In this document: piece after piece, positions 1-12,200 of the stretch
Layout: each line of letters begins with the position of its first letter
Numbering within the stretch: position 1 is the first letter of the stretch
Source: Auanema rhodensis
Lineage: Eukaryota; Animalia; Nematoda
Assembly: GCA_964057225.1 (NCBI GenBank)
Contig: OZ059897.1
Span: 3,906,001 to 3,970,000, forward strand
Direction of reading: 5' to 3'
DNA length: 64,000 nucleotides
Notes under the pieces: model-generated
The model's database searches: none
What the model was told of the DNA's origin: nothing
The model's input: only the letters and a program-made list of their open reading frames with translations
Position numbers and translations under genes: made by a program

Positions 1-43
1 GAAATTTTTCGGGAAAATTTTTGTCAAAATGTTTTTGGAAGCA

Positions 44-85
44 ATGTTGAGTGTACATGGGAACTCAACATACACTAATGCATTA
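44..85. other. 9-bp stem-loop plus 10-bp palindrome in the monomer; first copy shown
   Basis: atgttgagt (44-52) pairs with actcaacat (63-71) around a 10-nt loop. taatgcatta (76-85) is a perfect palindrome. Confidence 0.9.
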
Positions 86-145
86 TTTTTCAAACGATCA
101 TAACTAATTTTTGTATAGAGCGTTTCTCAATGTAGTATAGTGCTG

Positions 146-212
146 TCGATGCGGATTTTTAAGCTGCGTTGATCTGTGTTATCAGATTTGAGTTAGCTTA
201 AAAATGCACCGA
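146..212. other. Imperfect ~67-bp inverted repeat (hairpin/cruciform-forming) in the monomer; first copy shown
   Basis: atttttaagct (155-165) is the exact reverse complement of agcttaaaaat (195-205). There is an inner stem atctg (172-176)/cagat (183-187) and an outer extension tcgatgc (146-152)/gcaccga (206-212) with one mismatch and a gg bulge. Confidence 0.9.
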
Positions 213-3200
213 GATATCAACTGATATATGTTCACGCTTATATCCTCGATTTTCACACTGAAGAAATGATTTTTTCGTTGAATAACATTGTCCATCGTCT
301 TCGTCTTGAAAAAAGGAATCTAAAAACATCTACTTTTTGTGAAATTATTTATAAATTTTTCGGGAAAATTTTTGTCAAAATGTTTTTGGAAGCAATGTTG
401 AGTGTACATGGGAACTCAGCATACACTAATGCATTATTTTTCAAACGATCATAACTAGTTTTTGTATAGAGCGTTTCTCAATGTAGTATAGTGCATTCGA
501 TGCGGATTTTTAAGCTGCGTTGATCTGTGTTATCAGATTTGAGTTAGCTTTAAAATGCACCGAGATATCAACTGATATATGTTCACACTTATATCCTCGA
601 TTTTCACCCTGAAGAAATGATTTTTTCGTTGAATAACATTGTCCATCGTCTTCGTCTTGAAAAAAGGAATCTAAAAACATCTACTTTTTGTGAAATTATT
701 TATAAATTTTTCGGGAAAATTTTTGTCAAAATGTTTTTGAAGCAATGTTGAGTGTACATGGGAACTCAACATACACTAATGCATTATTTTTCAAACGATC
801 ATAACTAATTTTTGTATAGAGCGTTTCTCAATGTAGTATAGTGCTGTCGATGCGGATTTTTAAGCTGCGTTGATCTGTGTTATCAGATTTGAGTTATCTT
901 AAAAATGCACCGAGATATCAACTGATATATGTTCACGCTTATATCCTCGATTTTCACCCTGAAGAAATGATTTTTTCGTTGAATAACATTTACCATCGTC
1001 TTCGTCTTGAAAAAAGAAATCTAAAAACATCTACTTTTTGTGAAATTATTTAGAAATTTTTCGGGAAAATTTTTGTCAAAATGTTTTTCGAAGCAATGTT
1101 GAGTGTACATGGGAACTCAACATACACTAATGCATTATTTTTCAAACGATCATAACTAATTTTTGTATTAAGCGTTTATCAATGTAGTATAGTGCATTCG
1201 ATGCGGATTTTTAAGCTGCGTTGATCTGTGTTATCAGATTTGAGTTAGCTTAAAAATGCACCGAGATATCAACTGATATATGTTCACGCTTATATCCTCG
1301 ATTTTCACCCTGAAGAAATGATTTTTTCGTTGAATAACATTGTCCATCGTCTTCGTCTTGAAAAAAGGAATCTAAAAACATCTACTTTTTGTGAAATTAT
1401 TTAGAAATTTTTCGGGAAAATTTTTGTCAAAATGTTTTTGGAAGCAATGTTGAGTGTACATGGGAACTCAACATACACTAATGCATTATTTTTCAAACGA
1501 TCATAACTAATTTTTGTATTAAGCGTTTATCAATGTAGTATAGTGCATTCGATGCGGATTTTTAAGCTGCGTCGATCTCTGTTATCAGATTTGCGCTAGC
1601 TTGGAAATGCACCGAGATATCAACTGATATAGGTTCACACTTATATCCTCGATTTTCACCCTGAAGAATTAATTTTTTCGTTGAATAACATTGTCCATCG
1701 TCTTTGCCTTGAAAAAAGGAATCTAAAAACATCTACTTTTTGTGAAATTATTTAGAAATTTTTCGGGAAAATTTTTGTCACAATGTTTTTGGAAGCAATG
1801 TTGAGTGTACATGGGAACTCAGCATACACTAATGCATTATTTTTCAAACGATCATAACTAATTTTTGTATAGAGCGTTTCTCAATGTAGTATAGTGCTGT
1901 CGATGCGGATTTTTAAGCTGCGTTGATCTGTGTTATCAGATTTGAGTTAGCTTAAAAATGCACCGAGATATCAACTGATATAGGTTCACACTTATATCCT
2001 CGATTTTCACCCTGAAGAATTAATTTTTTCGTTGAATAACATTGTCCATCGTCTTTGCCTTGAAAAAAGGAATCTAAAAACATCTACTTTTTGTGAAATT
2101 ATTTAGAAATTTTTCGGGAAAATTTTTGTCAAAATGTTTTTGGAAGCAATGTTGAGTGTACATGGGAACTCAACATACACTAATGCATTATTTTTCAAAC
2201 GATCATAACTAATTTTTGTATAGAGCGTTTCTCAATGTAGTATAGTGCATTCGATGCGGATTTTTAAGCTGCGTTGATCTGTGTTATCAGATTTGAGTTA
2301 TCTTAAAAATGCACCGAGATATCAACTGATATATGTTCACGCTTATATCCTCGATTTTCACCCTGAAGAAATGATTTTTTCGTTGAATAACATTGTCCAT
2401 CGTCTTCGTCTTGAAAAAAGGAATCTAAAAACATCTACTTTTTGTGAAATTATTTAGAAATTTTTCGGGAAAATTTTTGTCAAAATGTTTTTGGAAGCAA
2501 TGTTGAGTGTACATGGGAACTCAACATACACTAATGCATTATTTTTCAAACGATCATAACTAATTTTTGTATTAAGCGTTTATCAATGTAGTATAGTGCA
2601 TTCGATGCGGATTTTTAAGCTGCGTCGATCTCTGTTATCAGATTTGCGCTAGCTTGGAAATGCACCGAGATATCAACTGATATAGGTTCACACTTATATC
2701 CTCGATTTTCACCCTGAAGAATTAATTTTTTCGTTGAATAACATTGTCCATCGTCTTTGCCTTGAAAAAAGGAATCTAAAAACATCTACTTTTTGTGAAA
2801 TTATTTAGAAATTTTTCGGGAAAATTTTTGTCACAATGTTTTTGGAAGCAATGTTGAGTGTACATGGGAACTCAGCATACACTAATGCATTATTTTTCAA
2901 ACGATCATAACTAATTTTTGTATAGAGCGTTTCTCAATGTAGTATAGTGCTGTCGATGCGGATTTTTAAGCTGCGTTGATCTGTGTTATCAGATTTGAGT
3001 TAGCTTAAAAATGCACCGAGATAACAACTGATATAGGTTCACACTTATATCCTCGATTTTCACCCTGAAGAATTAATTTTTTCGTTGAATAACATTGTCC
3101 ATCGTCTTTGCCTTGAAAAAAGGAATCTAAAAACATCTACTTTTTGTGAAATTATTTAGAAATTTTTCGGGAAAATTTTTGTCAAAATGTTTTTGGAAGC

Positions 3201-6200
3201 AATGTTGAGTGTACATGGGAACTCAACATACACTAATGCATTATTTTTCAAACGATCATAACTAATTTTTGTATTAAGCGTTTATCAATGTAGTATAGTG
3301 CATTCGATGCGGATTTTTAAGCTGCGTTGATCTGTGTTATCAGATTTGAGTTAGCTTAAAAATGCACCGAGATATCAACTGATATATGTTCACGCTTATA
3401 TCCTCGATTTTCACCCTGAAGAAATGATTTTTTCGTTGAATAACATTGTCCATCGTCTTCGTCTTGAAAAAAGGAATCTAAAAACATCTACTTTTTGTGA
3501 AATTATTTAGAAATTTTTCGGGAAAATTTTTGTCAAAATGTTTTTGGAAGCAATGTTGAGTGTACATGGGAACTCAACATACACTAATGCATTATTTTTC
3601 AAACGATCATAACTAATTTTTGTATTAAGCGTTTATCAATGTAGTATAGTGCATTCGATGCGGATTTTTAAGCTGCGTCGATCTGTGTTATCAGATTTGC
3701 GCTAGCTTAAAAATGCACCGAGATATCAACTCATATAGGTTCACACTTATATCCTCGATTTTCACCCTGAAGAATTAATTTTTTCGTTGAATAACATTGT
3801 CCATCGTCTTTGCCTTGAAAAAAGGAATCTAAAAACATCTACTTTTTGTGAAATTATTTAGAAATTTTTCGGGAAAATTTTTGTCACAATGTTTTTGGAA
3901 GCAATGTTGAGTGTACATGGGAACTCAGCATACACTAATGCATTATTTTTCAAACGATCATAACTAATTTTTGTATAGAGCGTTTCTCAATGTAGTATAG
4001 TGCTGTCGATGCGGATTTTTAAGCTGCGTTGATCTGTGTTATCAGATTTGAGTTAGCTTAAAAATGCACCGAGATATCAACTGATATATGTTCACGCTTA
4101 TATCCTCGATTTTCACACTGAAGAAATGATTTTTTCGTTGAATAACATTGTCCATCGTCTTCGTCTTGAGAAAAGGAATCTAAAAACATCTACTTTTTGT
4201 GAAATTATTTATAAATTTTTCGGGAAAATTTTTGTCAAAATGTTTTTGGAAGCAATGTTGAGTGTACATGGGAACTCAACATACACTAATGCATTATTTT
4301 TCAAACGATCATAACTAATTTTTGTATAGAGCGTTTCTCAATGTAGTATAGTGCATTCGATGCGGATTTTTAAGCTGCGTTGATCTGTGTTATCAGATTT
4401 GAGTTAGCTTAAAAATGCACCGAGATATCAACTGATATATGTTCACACTTATATCCTCGATTTTCACCCTGAAGAAATGATTTTTTCGTTGAAAAACATT
4501 GTCCATCGTATTCGTCTTGAAAAAAGGAATCTAAAAACATCTACTTTTTGTGAAATTAATTAGAAATTTTTCGGGAAAATTTTTGTCAAAATGTTTTTGG
4601 AAGCAATGTTGAGTGTACATGGGAACTCAACATACACTAATGCATTATTTTTCAAACGATCATAACTAATTTTTGTATAGAGCGTTTCTCAATGTAGTAT
4701 AGTGCTGTCGATGCGGATTTTTAAGCTGCGTTGATCTGTGTTATCAGATTTGAGTTAGCTTAAAAATGCACCGAGATATCAACTGATATATGTTCACGCT
4801 TATATCCTCGATTTTCACACTGAAGAAATGATTTTTTCGTTGAATAACATTGTCCATCGTCTTCGTCTTGAAAAAAGGAATCTAAAAACATCTACTTTTT
4901 GTGAAATTATTTATAAATTTTTCGGGAAAATTTTTGTCAAAATGTTTTTGGAAGCAATGTTGAGTGTACATGGGAACTCAGCATACACTAATGCATTATT
5001 TTTCAAACGATCATAACTAGTTTTTGTATAGAGCGTTTCTCAATGTAGTATAGTGCATTCGATGCGGATTTTTAAGCTGCGTTGATCTGTGTTATCAGAT
5101 TTGAGTTAGCTTAAAAATGCACCGAGATATCAACTGATATATGTTCACACTTATATCCTCGATTTTCACCCTGAAGAAATGATTTTTTCGTTGAATAACA
5201 TTGTCCATCGTCTTCGTCTTGAAAAAAGGAATCTAAAAACATCTACTTTTTGTGAAATTATTCATAAATTTTTCGGGAAAATTTTTGTCAAAATGTTTTT
5301 GGAAGCAATGTTGAGTGTACATGGGAACTCAACATACACTAATGCATTATTTTTCAAACGATCATAACTAATTTTTGTATAGAGCGTTTCTCAATGTAGT
5401 ATAGTGCTGTCGATGCGGATTTTTAAGCTGCGTTGATCTGTGTTATCAGATTTGAGTTAGCTTAAAAATGCACCGAGATATCAACTGATATATGTTCACG
5501 CTTATATCCTCGATTTTCACACTGAAGAAATGATTTTTTCGTTGAATAACATTGTCCATCGTCTTCGTCTTGAAAAAAGGAATCTAAAAACATCTACTTT
5601 TTGTGAAATTATTTATAAATTTTTCGGGAAAATTTTTGTCAAAATGTTTTTGGAAGCAATGTTGAGTGTACATGGGAACTCAGCATACACTAATGCATTA
5701 TTTTTCAAACGATCATAACTAATTTTTGTATAGAGCGTTTCTCAATGTAGTATAGTGCATTCGATGCGGATTTTTAAGCTGCGTTGATCTGTGTTATCAG
5801 ATTTGAGTTATCTTAAAAATGCACCGAGATATCAACTGATATATGTTCACGCTTATATCCTCGATTTTCACCCTGAAGAAATGATTTTTTCGTTGAATAA
5901 CATTTACCATCGTCTTCGTCTTGAAAAAAGAAATCTAAAAACATCTACTTTTTGTGAAATTATTTAGAAATTTTTCGGGAAAATTTTTGTCAAAATGTTT
6001 TTCGAAGCAATGTTGAGTGTACATGGGAACTCAACATACACTAATGCATTATTTTTCAAACAATCATAACTAATTTTTGTATTAAGCGTTTATCAATGTA
6101 GTATAGTGCATTCGATGCGGATTTTTAAGCTGCGTTGATCTGTGTTATCAGATTTGAGTTAGCTTAAAAATGCACCGAGATATCAACTGATATATGTTCA

Positions 6201-9200
6201 CGCTTATATCCTCGATTTTCACCCTGAAGAAATGATTTTTTCGTTGAATAACATTGTCCATCGTCTTCGTCTTAAAAAAAGGAATCTAAAAACATCTACT
6301 TTTTGTGAAATTATTTAGAAATTTTTCGGGAAAATTTTTGTCAAAATGTTTTTGGAAGCAATGTTGAGTGTACATGGGAACTCAACATACACTAATGCAT
6401 TATTTTTCAAACGATCATAACTAATTTTTGTATTAAGCGTTTATCAATGTAGTATAGTGCATTCGATGCGGATTTTTAAGCTGCGTCGATCTCTGTTATC
6501 AGATTTGCGCTAGCTTGGAAATGCACCGAGATATCAACTGATATAGGTTCACACTTATATCCTCGATTTTCACCCTGAAGAATTAATTTTTTCGTTGAAT
6601 AACATTGTCCATCGTCTTTGCCTTGAAAAAAGGAATCTAAAAACATCTACTTTTTGTGAAATTATTTAGAAATTTTTCGGGAAAATTTTTGTCACAATGT
6701 TTTTGGAAGCAATGTTGAGTGTACATGGGAACTCAGCATACACTAATGCATTATTTTTCAAACGATCATAACTAATTTTTGTATAGAGCGTTTCTCAATG
6801 TAGTATAGTGCTGTCGATGCGGATTTTTAAGCTGCGTTGATCTGTGTTATCAGATTTGAGTTAGCTTAAAAATGCACCGAGATATCAACTGATATAGGTT
6901 CACACTTATATCCTCGATTTTCACCCTGAAGAATTAATTTTTTCGTTGAATAACATTGTCCATCGTCTTTGCCTTGAAAAAAGGAATCTAAAAACATCTA
7001 CTTTTTGTGAAATTATTTAGAAATTTTTCGGGAAAATTTTTGTCAAAATGTTTTTGGAAGCAATGTTGAGTGTACATGGGAACTCAACATACACTAATGC
7101 ATTATTTTTCAAACGATCATAACTAATTTTTGTATAGAGCGTTTCTCAATGTAGTATAGTGCATTCGATGCGGATTTTTAAGCTGCGTTGATCTGTGTTA
7201 TCAGATTTGAGTTATCTTAAAAATGCACCGAGATATCAACTGATATATGTTCACGCTTATATCCTCGATTTTCACCCTGAAGAAATGATTTTTTCGTTGA
7301 ATAACATTTACCATCGTCTTCGTCTTGAAAAAAGGAATCTAAAAACATCTACTTTTTGTGAAATTATTTAGAAATTTTTCGGGAAAATTTTTGTCAAAAT
7401 GTTTTTGGAAGCAATGTTGAGTGTACATGGGAACTCAACATACACTAATGCATTATTTTTCAAACGATCATAACTAATTTTTGTATTAAGCGTTTATCAA
7501 TGTAGTATAGTGCATTCGATGCGGATTTTTAAGCTGCGTTGATCTGTGTTATCAGATTTGAGTTAGCTTAAAAATGCACCGAGATATCAACTGATATATG
7601 TTCACGCTTATATCCTCGATTTTCACCCTGAAGAAATGATTTTTTCGTTGAATAACATTGTCCATCGTCTTCGTCTTGAAAAAAGGAATCTAAAAACATC
7701 TACTTTTTGTGAAATTATTTAGAAATTTTTCGGGAAAATTTTTGTCAAAATGTTTTTGGAAGCAATGTTGAGTGTACATGGGAACTCAACATACACTAAT
7801 GCATTATTTTTCAAACGATCATAACTAATTTTTGTATTAAGCGTTTATCAATGTAGTATAGTGCATTCGATGCGGATTTTTAAGCTGCGTCGATCTGTGT
7901 TATCAGATTTGCGCTAGCTTAAAAATGCACCGAGATATCAACTCATATAGGTTCACACTTATATCCTCGATTTTCACCCTGAAGAATTAATTTTTTCGTT
8001 GAATAACATTGTCCATCGTCTTTGCCTTGAAATAAGGAATCTAAAAACATCTACTTTTTGTGAAATTATTTAGAAATTTTTCGGGAAAATTTTTGTCACA
8101 ATGTTTTTGGAAGCAATGTTGAGTGTACATGGGAACTCAACATACACTAATGCATTATTTTTCAAACGATCATAACTAATTTTTGTATTAAGCGTTTCTC
8201 AATGTAGTATAGTGCATTCGATGCGGATTTTTAAGCTGCGTTGATCTGTGTTATCAGATTTGAGTTAGCTTAAAAATGCACCGAGATATCAACTGATATA
8301 TGTTCACACTTATATCCTCGATTTTCACCCTGAAGAAATGATTTTTTCGTTGAAAAACATTGTCCATCGTATTCGTCTTGAAAAAAGGAATCTAAAAACA
8401 TCTACTTTTTGTGAAATTAATTAGAAATTTTTCGGGAAAATTTTTGTCAAAATGTTTTTGGAAGCAATGTTGAGTGTACATGGGAACTCAACATACACTA
8501 ATGCATTATTTTTCAAACGATCATAACTAATTTTTGTATAGAGCGTTTCTCAATGTAGTATAGTGCTGTCGATGCGGATTTTTAAGCTGCGTTGATCTGT
8601 GTTATCAGATTTGAGTTAGCTTAAAAATGCACCGAGATATCAACTGATATATGTTCACGCTTATATCCTCGATTTTCACACTGAAGAAATGATTTTTTCG
8701 TTGAATAACATTGTCCATCGTCTTCGTCTTGAAAAAAGGAATCTAAAAACATCTACTTTTTGTGAAATTATTTATAAATTTTTCGGGAAAATTTTTGTCA
8801 AAATGTTTTTGGAAGCAATGTTGAGTGTACATGGGAACTCAGCATACACTAATGCATTATTTTTCAAACGATCATAACTAGTTTTTGTATAGAGCGTTTC
8901 TCAATGTAGTATAGTGCATTCGATGCGGATTTTTAAGCTGCGTTGATCTGTGTTATCAGATTTGAGTTAGCTTAAAAATGCACCGAGATATCAACTGATA
9001 TATGTTCACGCTTATATCCTCGATTTTCACCCTGAAGAAATGATTTTTTTCGTTGAATAACATTGTCCATCGTCTTCGTCTTGAAAAAAGGAATCTAAAA
9101 ACATCTACTTTTTGTGAAATTATTTATAAATTTTTCGGGAAAATTTTTGTCAAAATGTTTTTGGAAGCAATGTTGAGTGTACATGGGAACTCAACATACA

Positions 9201-12200
9201 CTAATGCATTATTTTTCAAACGATCATAACTAATTTTTGTATAGAGCGTTTCTCAATGTAGTATAGTGCTGTCGATGCGGATTTTTAAGCTGCGTTGATC
9301 TGTGTTATCAGATTTGAGTTAGCTTAAAAATGCACCGAGATATCAACTGATATATGTTCACGCTTATATCCTCGATTTTCACACTGAAGAAATGATTTTT
9401 TCGTTGAATAACATTGTCCATCGTCTTCGTCTTGAAAAAAGGAATCTAAAAACATCTACTTTTTGTGAAATTATTTATAAATTTTTCGGGAAAATTTTTG
9501 TCAAAATGTTTTTGGAAGCAATGTTGAGTGTACATGGGAACTCAGCATACACTAATGCATTATTTTTCAAACGATCATAACTAATTTTTGTATAGAGCGT
9601 TTCTCAATGTAGTATAGTGCATTCGATGCGGATTTTTAAGCTGCGTTGATCTGTGTTATCAGATTTGAGTTAGCTTAAAAATGCACCGAGATATCAACTG
9701 ATATATGTTCACACTTATATCCTCGATTTTCACCCTGAAGAAATGATTTTTTCGTTGAAAAACATTGTCCATCGTATTCGTCTTGAAAAAAGGAATCTAA
9801 AAACATCTACTTTTTGTGAAATTAATTAGAAATTTTTCGGGAAAATTTTTGTCAAAATGTTTTTGGAAGCAATGTTTAGTGTACATGGGAACTCAACATA
9901 CACTAATGCATTATTTTTCAAACGATCATAACTAATTTTTGTATAGAGCGTTTCTCAATGTAGTATAGTGCTGTCGATGCGGATTTTTAAGCTGCGTTGA
10001 TCTGTGTTATCAGATTTGAGTTAGCTTAAAAATGCACCGAGATATCAACTGATATATGGTCACGCTTATATCCTCGATTTTCACCCTGAAGAAATGATTT
10101 TTTCGTTGAATAACATTGTCCATCGTCTTCGTCTTGAAAAAAGGAATCTAAAAACATCTACTTTTTGTGAAATTATTTAGAAATTTTTCGGGAAAATTTT
10201 TGTCAAAATGTTTTTGGAAGCAATGTTGAGTGTACATGGGAACTCAACATACACTAATGCATTATTTTTCAAACGATCATAACTAATTTTTGTATTAAGC
10301 GTTTATCAATGTAGTATAGTGCATTCGATGCGGATTTTTAAGCTGCGTCGATCTCTGTTATCAGATTTGCGCTAGCTTGGAAATGCACCGAGATATCAAC
10401 TGATATAGGTTCACACTTATATCCTCGATTTTCACCCTGAAGAATTAATTTTTTCGTTGAATAACATTGTCCATCGTCTTTGCCTTGAAAAAAGGAATCT
10501 AAAAACATCTACTTTTTGTGAAATTATTTATAAATTTTTCGGGAAAATTTTTGTCAAAATGTTTTTGGAAGCAATGTTGAGTGTACATGGGAACTCAGCA
10601 TACACTAATGCATTATTTTTCAAACGATCATAACTAATTTTTGTATAGAGCGTTTCTCAATGTAGTATAGTGCATTCGATGCGGATTTTTAAGCTGCGTT
10701 GATCTGTGTTATCAGATTTGAGTTAGCTTAAAAATGCACCGAGATATCAACTGATATATGTTCACACTTATATCCTCGATTTTCACCCTGAAGAAATGAT
10801 TTTTTCGTTGAAAAACATTGTCCATCGTATTCGTCTTGAAAAAAGGAATCTAAAAACATCTACTTTTTGTGAAATTAATTAGAAATTTTTCGGGAAAATT
10901 TTTGTCAAAATGTTTTTGGAAGCAATGTTTAGAGTACATGGGAACTCAACATACACTAATGCATTATTTTTCAAACGATCATAACTAATTTTTGTATAGA
11001 GCGTTTCTCAATGTAGTATAGTGCTGTCGATGCGGATTTTTAAGCTGCGTTGATCTGTGTTATCAGATTTGAGTTAGCTTAAAAATGCACCGAGATATCA
11101 ACTGATATATGGTCACGCTTATATCCTCGATTTTCACCCTGAAGAAATGATTTTTTCGTTGAATAACATTGTCCATCGTCTTCGTCTTGAAAAAAGGAAT
11201 CTAAAAACATCTACTTTTTGTGAAATTATTTATAAATTTTTCGGGAAAATTTTTGTCAAAATGTTTTTGGAAGCAATGTTGAGTGTACATGGGAACTCAG
11301 CATACACTAATGCATTATTTTTCAAACGATCATAACTAATTTTTGTATAGAGCGTTTCTCAATGTAGTATAGTGCATTCGATGCGGATTTTTAAGCTGCG
11401 TTGATCTGTGTTATCAGATTTGAGTTAGCTTAAAAATGCACCGAGATATCAACTGATATATGTTCACACTTATATCCTCGATTTTCACCCTGAAGAAATG
11501 ATTTTTTCGTTGAAAAACATTGTCCATCGTATTCGTCTTGAAAAAAGGAATCTAAAAACATCTACTTTTTGTGAAATTAATTAGAAATTTTTCGGGAAAA
11601 TTTTTGTCAAAATGTTTTTGGAAGCAATGTTTAGTGTACATGGGAACTCAACATACACTAATGCATTATTTTTCAAACGATCATAACTAATTTTTGTATA
11701 GAGCGTTTCTCAATGTAGTATAGTGCTGTCGATGCGGATTTTTAAGCTGCGTTGATCTGTGTTATCAGATTTGAGTTAGCTTAAAAATGCACCGAGATAT
11801 CAACTGATATATGGTCACGCTTATATCCTCGATTTTCACCCTGAAGAAATGATTTTTTCGTTGAATAACATTGTCCATCGTCTTCGTCTTGAAAAAAGGA
11901 ATCTAAAAACATCTACTTTTTGTGAAATTATTTAGAAATTTTTCGGGAAAATTTTTGTCAAAATGTTTTTGGAAGCAATGTTGAGTGTACATGGGAACTC
12001 AACATACACTAATGCATTATTTTTCAAACGATCATAACTAATTTTTGTATTAAGCGTTTATCAATGTAGTATAGTGCATTCGATGCGGATTTTTAAGCTG
12101 CGTCGATCTCTGTTATCAGATTTGCGCTAGCTTGGAAATGCACCGAGATATCAACTGATATAGGTTCACACTTATATCCTCGATTTTCACCCTGAAGAAT

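Larger units (their letters stand above)
1..351. repeat. Representative monomer (arbitrary phase), 351 bp, ~32% GC
   Basis: Hand count: 112 G+C of 351 and 12 CpG. It is rich in A/T tracts and short inverted repeats. Confidence 0.97.

Noticed and set aside
114-130. tagagcgtttctc versus ttaagcgtttatc as compensatory hairpin changes
   Set aside because: The possible 3-bp stems are in different registers, so this is not true covariation; linkage by descent explains it.
273-289. CENP-B box-like motif (tttcgttgaataacatt)
   Set aside because: It matches TTCG and the central A of NTTCGNNNNANNCGGGN but lacks CGGG, so only 5 of 9 essential positions are present.
1-351. Tandem 5S rRNA, tRNA, snRNA or spliced-leader gene repeat
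   Set aside because: I see no recognisable conserved sequence, cloverleaf or Pol III box A/B/C by eye. An Rfam scan would be needed to exclude this formally.
1-351. Monomer as a dimer of ~175-bp subunits
   Set aside because: No similarity is visible between the two halves by eye.
9731-9885. Alternative hammerhead fold using aaacattg/caatgttt as an 8-bp stem III in atgttTagtg monomers
   Set aside because: Stem I would have only one pair next to the core and the stem III loop is about 100 nt.
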